A stretch of 60,027 bases of DNA from Planctomycetota bacterium. Its GTDB lineage: Bacteria; Latescibacterota; UBA2968; UBA8231. Of the stretch, positions 39,644 through 48,086 are shown piece by piece (position 1 is the stretch's first letter; each line of letters opens with the position of its first letter). The stretch spans positions 1-60,027 of the forward strand of contig JBLHGI010000001.1 of the NCBI GenBank assembly GCA_047616505.1, given 5' to 3'. Position numbers and translations under genes: made by a program. The notes below the pieces were generated by a model, which saw nothing but the letters and a program-made list of their open reading frames with translations, had not been told where the DNA came from and searched no databases.

Positions 39644-40276
39644 ATGAACACACTCGAACTGGCTCCATCAGATAATGCCAAGAATCTCTTTAATGGGGGC
39701 GATCTAAGCAATTGGACCACGCGCGACGGGCAGTCCGCGGGTTGGAAGGCCGAAAACGGCATTCTACACGTAGTACCCGGCAGCGGCGACATTATGACGA
39801 AAGAGCGCTGCACGGACTTTTATTTACATCTCGAATTCCGCTGTCCCGACATGCCAGGAGCTAGTGGTCAGGCCAAGGGCAATAGCGGCGTCTTTCTCCA
39901 GGGACGCTACGAGATCCAAGTGCTTGATTCGCACGGACTCAATATTCCTGGCACGGGCGATTGCGGGGCGATATACCACCAGTTTGCGCCGCTGAAAAAC
40001 GCCTGCAAACCGGCGCTAGAATGGCAGAGTTACGACGTGTTTTTTCGCGCGCCACGCGCCGGGGAAAACGACGGGCCGCGCTTGAGTGTACTGCACAACG
40101 GGCAACTTATTCACAACAATATCGAATTGCCCGGCGTCACGGGGGCTGCGCTCGATGAAGCGATCTACGCGCCGGGTCCACTGCTCTTGCAGGACCATAG
40201 CGACTTAGTGTGTTATCGCAATATCTGGATTGAAGAGTTACCACTACAAGGTTCGGACACCTACGAACCGAGGTAG
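39644..40276 (+). CDS. DUF1080 (3-keto-disaccharide hydrolase-like) protein
   Basis: NLFNGGDLSNWT, WKAENGIL, NSGVFLQGRYEIQVLDS, CGAIY and EWQSYDVFFRAPR. Confidence 0.8.
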   Translation: MNTLELAPSDNAKNLFNGGDLSNWTTRDGQSAGWKAENGILHVVPGSGDIMTKERCTDFYLHLEFRCPDMPGASGQAKGNSGVFLQGRYEIQVLDSHGLNIPGTGDCGAIYHQFAPLKNACKPALEWQSYDVFFRAPRAGENDGPRLSVLHNGQLIHNNIELPGVTGAALDEAIYAPGPLLLQDHSDLVCYRNIWIEELPLQGSDTYEPR

Positions 40277-40323
40277 AGTGCGAGGGGGGTACCGGGCGTT
40301 GTATCAAATCGATGGAAATCGAC

Positions 40324-40352
40324 TTGATATATGAACATATGTTCAGTATAAT
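40324..40352 (+). promoter_or_regulatory. Sigma70-type promoter TTGATA-N17-TATAAT with a Cheo-type LexA (SOS) box in the spacer
   Basis: -35 TTGATA at 40324-40329 and -10 TATAAT at 40347-40352. Perfect palindrome TGAACATATGTTCA at 40332-40345 (GAAC-N4-GTTC). The ATG at 40358 is only 5 nt after the -10, which implies a leaderless mRNA. Confidence 0.6.
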
Positions 40353-40357
40353 ACTGC

Positions 40358-41122
40358 ATGCCCCATGCCCATCTGCACATTGAAGAAATCGGCGCCAAGT
40401 CGATACTCGTAGCTCAGGACGGTCCGCCCGCCACAGAGTATACGCTCAATCCCTATAGCGGCTGCGGTATGGGATGCGCCTACTGCTATGTGATGAAATT
40501 TCCCCATGCGCGAGCAAATCCACGCGCCTGGGGCACTTGGGTGCAGCCCAAGACCAATGCGCCCTATCTGTTGGGAAAAGCGCGCGCCAAACTCTGGGGC
40601 CACCGGGTCTTTCTCGGTTCGGCGACCGATCCCTACCAATATATTGAGAAGCAGTACCGCCTCACCCGCCGCTGTCTCAAAGTGCTCGCCGAGTGCAACC
40701 TCGAAAAACTCACGGTGCACACGCGCAGCCATTTGATCTTAGAAGATATCGACCTGTTAAAGCAGTTTGGTCCACGCTTACGCGTGGGTTTTTCGGTGCC
40801 GACCGACGATGATCGCGTGCGCAAAAAGCTGGAGCCGATGGCTCCCAAGATCGACCTGCGGCTGAAGACTATGCGCGCGCTCAGGGAGGCGGGTATTTTT
40901 GTGACGGCGGCTGTCGCCCCCGTGCTCTACTGCAATCCAGCGCGTTTTGCTGCGCTGCTCAAGGAAGTGGCTGACGACGTCTATTTTGGCTCGATCAACT
41001 ATTTGGATCGCACCGGTATGAAAGCCATGCCTCAGGCCAAAGCTTATTTTGAGAGCGCCGACTACAAAGCGCTGGTCGACGAGTTGGACAAGAGTCTGAC
41101 GGCCGTCGGCTTGAGTGATTAA
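40358..41122 (+). CDS. Radical SAM protein, spore-photoproduct-lyase-like (Rv2578c-type) family
   Basis: CxxxCxxC cluster motif NPYSGCGMGCAYCYV. About 250 aa, with TIM-like repeats that follow. Confidence 0.75.
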   Translation: MPHAHLHIEEIGAKSILVAQDGPPATEYTLNPYSGCGMGCAYCYVMKFPHARANPRAWGTWVQPKTNAPYLLGKARAKLWGHRVFLGSATDPYQYIEKQYRLTRRCLKVLAECNLEKLTVHTRSHLILEDIDLLKQFGPRLRVGFSVPTDDDRVRKKLEPMAPKIDLRLKTMRALREAGIFVTAAVAPVLYCNPARFAALLKEVADDVYFGSINYLDRTGMKAMPQAKAYFESADYKALVDELDKSLTAVGLSD

Positions 41123-41208
41123 TTGGCCAGCGGTAGCGACACGCGAAAAATTGTGCCTATGCCGACCGTGCTTTCTGCCTCGGCGTTGCGCAGTAGGTTG
41201 CCAAGCGT
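41119..41208 (-). pseudogene. Short C-terminal relic of a sensor histidine kinase (HATPase end)
   Basis: Minus-strand reading TLGNLLRNAEAESTVGIGTIFRVSLPLAN* (stop at 41119-41121) resembles the ...AESE-G-GT-F-LPL end of HATPase_c domains. There is no upstream kinase ORF. Confidence 0.35.
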
Positions 41209-41262
41209 ATAAGATACACCGTGTGCGCTGTGCGTTCGTGGCGGGTCGTTATAAATGTGCGC

Positions 41263-41739
41263 TCAAACAGAGGTGGACTCGGCGCTTAGTTGTCGCACTA
41301 TGTCGAGTGCATCACCGCTGTGGCGGCGGACAAAAAACGATGAGTCGAAGACGTGGCGAACGATGCCACAGCGATCGATGACAAAGGTCACGCGGCCGGG
41401 CAGTAGCCCCCAGCGCTTTTCGACGCCGTAAGCTTTGCGCAGAGCGCCGTCGGCATCGCTGACGAGCGCAAAGGGCAGCGCGTTTTTGTCGGCAAAACGC
41501 TGCTGTCTGTCGTTGTTATCGGCGCTGACGCCAATGACGACGGCGCCCGATTCCGTAAAGTCATCGTTGGCATCGCGAAAAGTACAGGCTTCGGCGGTGC
41601 AGGCCGGGGTTGAGGCTCTGGGATAAAAAAAGAGCACGACGGCTTTCTGGCCGCGAAAGTCATGTAGGCGCACGGTGGTTCCATCATGAGTTTCGATGCT
41701 GAAGTCGGGGGCTTCGCTGCCGGGTTGCACTGTGGCCAT
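41263..41739 (-). CDS. bcp: Thioredoxin-dependent thiol peroxidase (Bcp-type peroxiredoxin)
   Basis: MATVQPGSEAPDFSIETHDGTTVRLHDFRGQKAVVLFFYPRASTPACTAEAC (peroxidatic Cys motif TPxC). I chose the ATG at 41739. Confidence 0.9.
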   Translation of the reverse strand: MATVQPGSEAPDFSIETHDGTTVRLHDFRGQKAVVLFFYPRASTPACTAEACTFRDANDDFTESGAVVIGVSADNNDRQQRFADKNALPFALVSDADGALRKAYGVEKRWGLLPGRVTFVIDRCGIVRHVFDSSFFVRRHSGDALDIVRQLSAESTSV

Positions 41740-42258
41740 TAGGTTTTTCTCTGTCGTTTCATTTTTGTTCGGTTTTAGTTCTGATGAGAGCGAGTTGCGG
41801 TATGAGTAAAGACAGAATGTAATACAGCCGCCAACGGAACGCACCAAGGTCCGGGTAGTTTAATAACCAAGAGGCATTTTTCCACTTGTAACCGATGAGG
41901 CTACTATGTCACAAAGAAAGACTTCGCGCCGCCATCAGGCCAGTCGCCGGATCTATTATCACCTCGCCCTGAGAGACACTGAAGTACGCCCTATGCGCCG
42001 CGCTGTTCCCAGCATATATCCCAAGGCGAATAAGGACAGCGAACCGCCGAGCGCCACACTCGTGGGGCCTAGTATGTTTTGATTCTTCGGTTCCGCCTGC
42101 CCCCGCTACAAAACCTCGCTTGTATCGTCTCTACTCCTCGGAGTATAGGCGATTTTATTTTTCTGCGCTTGATTTCACCTGAGGAAATTTCATAAGTTTG
42201 CAGCATGGTAGCGGCTCGTACTCAGTAACGAGATCACGCGCGTGAAGGAGGCCTGTTT

Positions 42259-43047
42259 GTGATTGTCGAAGAAGAAGTGGCGCTTTTTGTCGAGCGAGGC
42301 GCCGTTACGATAGACACGCCGTTAGACGCCGGACAGATAGAAGCGGCATCGCTGGCCTTAGAAACGCTGCTGCCCTTCGCGCCTTCAGCACCCGGCCAAG
42401 AGGCGCGCTACCGCTATTCGGCCACGTGTAATTATTACGATGCGGCGCTGCTTGACCTCATTCAACATCCTTTTTTTGAAGAGGTCGCCCAGCGCGTATT
42501 GCGCGCCCAGGCCGTGCGTTTTTTTCAGACGGCGATCTTGGCGACCTATCCCCAGCACGGCGTCGAGTTTAGCTACGACCAACACATCGATTTACAATAT
42601 ACCTTATCTGATTTACAGGCGACCCCTCGGCGCGTGGTGTGCACGTTTTTTCTCTGGCTGACGGATGTAAACGAGCAGCGGGCGCCAATGATGTACCGTC
42701 CCGCTAGCCATCAGTTGCTGGCCAGAGAGTGGGAGATTTGGCCCGAACTCAAGGGGGAAATACCGCGTGTTATCGGAATTCCCCTAAGCGACCTGCCCGC
42801 GTTCGACTACGCCGAGCCACAGCCGTTGTTGGCTAGCGCCGGTCAGGTAACGGTGCTGAGTACGGCCATGGTTCACGGCGCTTCGCTCAATGTCGACGTG
42901 GCATCGCGCGAGGTGTTAGTTATGACGTTTACGGCGGCTGATGTAAAGGTGGCCTTGCCTGCCGCACAGCAGGAGGTTAAGGATCTTTACGCCGCCGAGC
43001 TGAGAAAAAAGCTGCGCCCAGAGCGCGTGCATTTAGTGCGGGATTAA
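42259..43047 (+). CDS. PhyH family dioxygenase (divergent)
   Basis: GTG start after GGAGG. HxD (DQHIDLQY) and distal His (AMVHGASLN). Confidence 0.65.
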   Translation: MIVEEEVALFVERGAVTIDTPLDAGQIEAASLALETLLPFAPSAPGQEARYRYSATCNYYDAALLDLIQHPFFEEVAQRVLRAQAVRFFQTAILATYPQHGVEFSYDQHIDLQYTLSDLQATPRRVVCTFFLWLTDVNEQRAPMMYRPASHQLLAREWEIWPELKGEIPRVIGIPLSDLPAFDYAEPQPLLASAGQVTVLSTAMVHGASLNVDVASREVLVMTFTAADVKVALPAAQQEVKDLYAAELRKKLRPERVHLVRD

Positions 43048-43060
43048 CGACGAGAGAGCG

Positions 43061-44758
43061 ATGAAAGAAGGCCAGCTGGGTATAGTTGTAGAAGAGAACG
43101 TCGATGTGCCGATGCGCGATGGCGTGCTCTTGCGCGCGAATGTCTTCCGCCCCGAAGGCAGCGGAAAATATCCCGGCCTGCTCTTGCGCACACCCTATGG
43201 CAAGCCGGTGGGCGGTATGGAACGCTACGTGCGCGCCGGTTATGTCGTTGTAGCGCAAGACTCGCGCGGCCGTTATGCCTCCGAGGGCGAGTATGTGCCC
43301 TTTACAGAAGAAGAAACGGGGGATGCTGAAGATGGCTATGATACGGTCGAATGGCTGGCGGCGCAGCCCTATTGTAACGGCCGCGTCGGCACCTTTGGCG
43401 CCTCTTATAATGCTTGGATGCAGTGGCAGCTGGCCAAGCTGCGCCCGCCGCACCTAGTGGCCATGTGCGCCTATACGATTCCGCTCGAATTGACGGAGGT
43501 GGATTGGCCGGGTGCTTTTAAGCCGGGCCGACGCATCAAGTGGTGGCGGACGACGATGGCTCCCGATTTGCGCCGCAGAGAAGGTGCGCCCAAACCACAC
43601 ACGCCGGCTGAGGCTCTCTCTCTCTGGGACGAGATCGAACAGGGCTATTGGTTGGGTCTGATGCCGTGGAAGGAGATTGCCCGCCATCTGCCCGAACATT
43701 TGGCTTATTATGTCGAAAGTTGGCTTGAGGAACCCAATAGACGCCCGTGGAAATTTGACGAAATACACGCAGAGGTCGAAGTGCCCAACCTCGATTTTAG
43801 CGGCTGGTACGATCATTGTAATGGCACGATGGCGCATCTGGGTCTAATGCAGAAGAATGGTCGTACGGATGTAGCTAAGAAGAGCCAGCTGATCGTCGGG
43901 CCGTGGAACCATCCCGGTCTGGGCAAGCGGAAAATAGGGGATATCGATTTCGGACCGCAGGCCGAGCTCGATCTGCCTGCGCATATAATTCATTGGTTTG
44001 ATCATTGGTTGAAAGAGCTGGACAACGGCGTGGCCGAGGCTCCATCTGTGCGATATTTCTGTATGGGGGGCGCCGGCGCGTGGCGTTCGGGTTCGACGTG
44101 GCCGCCGGAAGATCTGGTGCAGCAGGTCTACCATCTGCACAGCGGGGGCGATGCGTTGCGAGCCGATGGCGGCGGTTATTTGCACGAGCGCGCGGCGATA
44201 GGCAAAGAGCCGCCGGATCTCTACAGCTACGACCCACATGATCCGGTGCCGACGCTGTGGACTTCTGATCTGTTTACGGTGCCAGCCGATCGGCGCAAGC
44301 TAGAATGCCGCGGTGATATTCTCTATTACCAGACCGCGCCCTTAGAACGAGAGATCGAAGTGGTCGGTTATCCAGAGCTTATACTGTACGCGGCCTCCTC
44401 GGCTCCAGACACGGACTTTTTTGCGCGGCTAGTAGACGAAGACCCACAGGGCCAGGCGCTGGAAATATGCTACGGCATGGTGCGTGCGCGACACCGCAAT
44501 TCGCTTGATAAAGAGGAGTTGCTCACGCCGGGCGAGGTCGTGGAGTACCGCATCAAACTCGGTGCTACGGCCTGCCGTTTTGCCAAAGGTCATCGCATTC
44601 GCCTAGAGATTACCAGCAGTGATTTCCCCAACCACGACCGCAACCACAACGTGGGTCGCAACGATTTAGAAGACGTAGAGATGAGAATGGCTGAGCAGCG
44701 AGTGCTGCACGAGGGGGGTTTTGCGTCGAGACTGGTATTGCCGGTGGATGAGGGCTGA
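43061..44758 (+). CDS. CocE/NonD family hydrolase (X-Pro dipeptidyl-peptidase S15-like)
   Basis: VPMRDGVLLRANVFRPEG...LLRTPYGK and nucleophile elbow GTFGASYNAW. C-terminal beta-sandwich-length extension. Confidence 0.85.
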   Translation: MKEGQLGIVVEENVDVPMRDGVLLRANVFRPEGSGKYPGLLLRTPYGKPVGGMERYVRAGYVVVAQDSRGRYASEGEYVPFTEEETGDAEDGYDTVEWLAAQPYCNGRVGTFGASYNAWMQWQLAKLRPPHLVAMCAYTIPLELTEVDWPGAFKPGRRIKWWRTTMAPDLRRREGAPKPHTPAEALSLWDEIEQGYWLGLMPWKEIARHLPEHLAYYVESWLEEPNRRPWKFDEIHAEVEVPNLDFSGWYDHCNGTMAHLGLMQKNGRTDVAKKSQLIVGPWNHPGLGKRKIGDIDFGPQAELDLPAHIIHWFDHWLKELDNGVAEAPSVRYFCMGGAGAWRSGSTWPPEDLVQQVYHLHSGGDALRADGGGYLHERAAIGKEPPDLYSYDPHDPVPTLWTSDLFTVPADRRKLECRGDILYYQTAPLEREIEVVGYPELILYAASSAPDTDFFARLVDEDPQGQALEICYGMVRARHRNSLDKEELLTPGEVVEYRIKLGATACRFAKGHRIRLEITSSDFPNHDRNHNVGRNDLEDVEMRMAEQRVLHEGGFASRLVLPVDEG

Positions 44759-44827
44759 AAAGTGATTTAGCTAGGGGGCCGCATCGCGCTGAGGGCCATG
44801 CTCCAACGCACAGTCCTCAGCGCCGGT

Positions 44828-46054
44828 TTAGCTCCGCCAGTAGGTCGACTCTGGGTTGGGCTGATAGCTAATATCCAAGTGGGGTGTCTCGATGCGCTGC
44901 TGGTCTTGGTGCAAACTCTCGACACCGGCGCTCGTCAGCCCCGTCGTCAGCAGCGTGCGCTCGATGGGGTAGGTGGCCTTGCCCGTCAGGAACATCTGCT
45001 CGGCGTTGTTGACTAACGGCGAGAAGAAGTTAGCCAACGTTGACGGGCTGGATGGCATGGGTAGGTGCATATAGGTCGATAGTGGTTCATCGCGGTCCTC
45101 GACATCGGCGGCAAAGGCCCAAGAGCCGCCAAAGAGGCCGTTGAAGGCAATCATGGTGCATAGTAGACCGTCTGTATGCTCGTACTGATAAGCCCAGGGA
45201 TCTGCAACTAGCGTTTTCATCTCGTCGATCGTTGGGAAGACGTGGTTGAAGCCGGGGCGGGCAGAGGTCAGTTGGTGGCTGCGGCACAGGCAGGCGTCGA
45301 AAAGCGCGCGCGACCAGCGCCCCTCGTGCAGTGCGCTCCAGAACTTGTCGCCGCGGAAGGCCTCGATCCACTTAACACCCGACTCGCCCCCTTTGCGGCG
45401 TTCGACCATGGCTTGAATGGTCTCGTAGCCATGGAAGTCGCCACCGTCTACCCAACCGCAGCCCACACACATCGCCTCTCTTACTTCTGCGCCTAAAGGC
45501 ATTTCTATATCGGGTGTGCGCCAAGTGACGGGCAGTGAGGAACCCGCCATAAAGGGGAAATTTAGCTCGACGGACGTATCGTACATTTCTTTGGCCCAAT
45601 CCCAATTCCACGACAGGTGCTTGTCGTTAAAGACGGGCACGCTGCGCCCACAGGCGCGGAAGACGGCCACCATCTGTTTGAAAAACTCATAGCGCGGCCA
45701 CAGGGTCTGGCCCTTTTCATTGCTGGCATAGTCGCCGTGCTCGGCGATGAGCAGTACGCCATCTACGGCCAGGGTATCCGTGCCGCACATGAGCGCGTCG
45801 GCAATCGTTGGATAACACGCCAACTGGTCAAAGCGCGCAGCGCGTTCGCGGCTGACATCGTAGCGTTTACCCTCTTCGGGTTCGGGCGGTTCTACATTCA
45901 CTTGGTCGACGTAGAGCGATACGAGGTCCATCTCGGGACGGTGGTGGCGACCGTTCCAGCCATAGCCTTCGAGGAAGCGGTCGACGATGTGCTGGGCGTG
46001 GGCGTGTTTGTGGTAGATCGATACGAGTGCGGCGATGCGCGGGCGTTTGTTCAT
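44828..46054 (-). CDS. Hypothetical protein (408 aa)
   Basis: Long ORF (MNKRPRIAALVSIYHKHAHAQHIVDRFLEGYGW...). I recognise no motif. It is divergent from a Gfo/Idh/MocA gene. Confidence 0.6.
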   Translation of the reverse strand: MNKRPRIAALVSIYHKHAHAQHIVDRFLEGYGWNGRHHRPEMDLVSLYVDQVNVEPPEPEEGKRYDVSRERAARFDQLACYPTIADALMCGTDTLAVDGVLLIAEHGDYASNEKGQTLWPRYEFFKQMVAVFRACGRSVPVFNDKHLSWNWDWAKEMYDTSVELNFPFMAGSSLPVTWRTPDIEMPLGAEVREAMCVGCGWVDGGDFHGYETIQAMVERRKGGESGVKWIEAFRGDKFWSALHEGRWSRALFDACLCRSHQLTSARPGFNHVFPTIDEMKTLVADPWAYQYEHTDGLLCTMIAFNGLFGGSWAFAADVEDRDEPLSTYMHLPMPSSPSTLANFFSPLVNNAEQMFLTGKATYPIERTLLTTGLTSAGVESLHQDQQRIETPHLDISYQPNPESTYWRS

Positions 46055-46078
46055 ATGGCTGCTCGATTAGTAGTGGGT

Positions 46079-46121
46079 AAAGAAACGAAAGAAACGAAAG
46101 AAACGAAAGAAACGAAAGAAA
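46079..46121. repeat. 9-bp tandem repeat (AAGAAACGA x ~4.5) in a divergent promoter/leader region
   Basis: taaAGAAACGAAAGAAACGAAAGAAACGAAAGAAACGAAAGAAAtt, located 25-67 nt upstream of the ATG (46054) of the minus-strand hypothetical gene. Confidence 0.9.
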
Positions 46122-46222
46122 TTAAGCATAAGAAGCCTTCGCTCGGCAAGCCCTATTTGCTCAGTGTCACCTTGGGGGCGAGATTACTCTGTTTATAATT
46201 TTTCAAAAAAAGCGAAAGATTT

Positions 46223-47257
46223 ATGACAAGGAAAAAAATCGGCGTCATTGGCGTCGGGCTTATCTGGCAACGGGTGCACCAGCCCATACTAGCCCAGATG
46301 CAGGACGAGTTTGAGCTCGTTGCTTTTTGTGATGCCAGCCCCGAACGGCGTGCGCAAATTGCCAGCGAGTTTCCCGGATGCCCTGTTTTTGCCGACTATA
46401 CCGAGCTCTTGGCCCTTCCCGAAGTGGAAGTGGTGCTCTCGCTGATGCCCATTCCTCTGACGCCGGTGGTCGTTAAGGCGGCGCTGGAGGCGGGCAAAGA
46501 CGTGGTGACGGAAAAGCCGCTTTCGCGTTCGGTAGAAGAGGGGCGCTTGCTGATTGATACGATGGAGCGCACGGGTAAGAAGCTCTTTGTCGCCGAGCAG
46601 TTGGCTTATCGCCAGGGCAATCGAGTGTTGCGCGAACTATTAGACGGTGGCGAAATAGGCCAGGTTGTGATGTGGCAGCGCGTCGTCCATCACCGCGAAG
46701 AACCGCGCGATGGCAATTATGCGACAACGCCGTGGCGCCAGCGGCCCGACTACCCGTTGGGGCCACTCTTCGATGGCGGTATCCACGTGGTCGCCGATCT
46801 CGACCGCGTCTTTGGCTCGCCGCAGTCGGTCGATGCGCATGGGCAACAGCTGCGCGCGGAATTTGGCGATTATGACCACGTGGCGATGCTCTTCCACTAC
46901 GAGAGCGGCCTGGTGGGCCAGCTTAGCTTTGGCAGCTATTTACCTAGTCTCAAACGTCACTTTACGATCTATGGCACCGAGGGTTGTATGGTGGTTGAAC
47001 AGGGTATAGTTGCCGGGCCAGGTCAGCTACATATAGAAAAAGAAGATGGTTCGACTCGCACTGTTGAGTTGTCCGAAGATAGCCACTACGCCCATATGTG
47101 GCGAGCCTTCGCCGATGCTTTTGTCTCTGGCGAAATGCCTTATTACACGCCGGAGAAGGCGATCTTTGACGTGGCCTTGCTCACGAGTGTCGAGCGCTCT
47201 ATAAAGAGCGGTACGCGTCAGGCGATAGAACTTAGTAGAATCTACTCTACGGAATGA
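46223..47257 (+). CDS. Gfo/Idh/MocA family oxidoreductase
   Basis: KIGVIGVGLIWQRVHQPIL Rossmann start and EKPL motif. About 340 aa. Confidence 0.85.
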   Translation: MTRKKIGVIGVGLIWQRVHQPILAQMQDEFELVAFCDASPERRAQIASEFPGCPVFADYTELLALPEVEVVLSLMPIPLTPVVVKAALEAGKDVVTEKPLSRSVEEGRLLIDTMERTGKKLFVAEQLAYRQGNRVLRELLDGGEIGQVVMWQRVVHHREEPRDGNYATTPWRQRPDYPLGPLFDGGIHVVADLDRVFGSPQSVDAHGQQLRAEFGDYDHVAMLFHYESGLVGQLSFGSYLPSLKRHFTIYGTEGCMVVEQGIVAGPGQLHIEKEDGSTRTVELSEDSHYAHMWRAFADAFVSGEMPYYTPEKAIFDVALLTSVERSIKSGTRQAIELSRIYSTE

Positions 47258-47258
47258 T

Positions 47259-47918
47259 TTAGCCCTGCCAAATTTCTTCCATTCGCTCAACTAGTTGGAG
47301 TGCGGTCTGAGTATCTATGAAAAGGACGGTATGACCGGTGGTTTGGGTTCCCTCTACGGTCATTTCGTTGTCTAGCATCAGGGCCACTGTGCGTTCGGGG
47401 GTTGGGGGTGTTCCGTCTTCGTGGTCTGAATAGAGGATATGGCGTGCGGATTCGTGCGATAGCATATGCATTTGCGGCACGGTGAAATTGACCGATAGGT
47501 TGAGCGTCTCGCAAACAAAACCCATAAAAGAATTGATCAGAATATTGCCCACTTCCACCAGTGCGGATATTTCCATGGTGGAAAGGTTCTCTACTTCCTT
47601 CTCTTCGTTGAGCAGTAGGGATAGGAGTTGGGTAGCGTTTTTTTTGGGATAGAGCAGCAGGGATCGACCGGAAAAGGAGCCGTAAAAATTTTGGTTTATG
47701 CACGGTGATGTATGGTAGAGGTTGATGGAGAGGAAGTGTTCGAATTCTTGTAGAGTGAGCAGTTGAATGCGCGGGGTGGTCAGTTGTACGGGGCGTCCAG
47801 TCAGCTCTGCCAATTGTCCGGCCGATCGATTGATCGCCATATTTGATAGCTCTCGGATGGGATCTGCCTGCGATTCGTTGATTGTAGTATTGGGGCGGGC
47901 GACCATTAGATCGAGCAA
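47259..47918 (-). CDS. CheC/CheX-like (chemotaxis phosphatase fold) protein, orphan
   Basis: Two CheC-type repeats: DPIRELSNMAINRSAGQLAELTGRPVQLTTPRI and EISALVEVGNILINSFMGFVCETLNLSVNFTVPQM. The start is uncertain (TTG 47918 or ATG 47906). Confidence 0.6.
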   Translation of the reverse strand: MLDLMVARPNTTINESQADPIRELSNMAINRSAGQLAELTGRPVQLTTPRIQLLTLQEFEHFLSINLYHTSPCINQNFYGSFSGRSLLLYPKKNATQLLSLLLNEEKEVENLSTMEISALVEVGNILINSFMGFVCETLNLSVNFTVPQMHMLSHESARHILYSDHEDGTPPTPERTVALMLDNEMTVEGTQTTGHTVLFIDTQTALQLVERMEEIWQG

Positions 47919-47993
47919 GTATATGGTGGTTTGAGCTAATTCGGCTGTAGCCTGTGAAAGAAAACAGAATCATAAAGCTATTGCGACAACATA

Positions 47994-48009
47994 TGGCATC
48001 TGTCTTGCT
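47994..48009 (+). promoter_or_regulatory. Sigma54 (-24/-12) promoter candidate upstream of the MFS gene
   Basis: TGGCAT-ctgtc-TTGCT, with GG (47995-47996) and GC (48007-48008) at the canonical 12-nt register. It lies 79 nt upstream of the ATG at 48087. Confidence 0.5.
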
Positions 48010-48086
48010 ATTGCCACTTTCCAAAGGTTTCCATTGCGAGGATATAGGTGTGTATCAGGTCTTTTTATTTAGTCAAAGTTGGTTGA

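Noticed and set aside
41906-42082. 58-aa ORF (MSQRKTSRRHQASRR...) in the 520-bp gap upstream of the PhyH gene at 42259
   Set aside because: It is basic and low-complexity, with no convincing RBS and no motif. The evidence is insufficient.
47287-48024. 245-aa minus-strand ORF overlapping the CheC-like gene in another frame
   Set aside because: It has Pro/Arg/His-rich low-complexity translation and crosses the intergenic region that contains the sigma54-type promoter. The CheC-like frame carries recognisable motifs.
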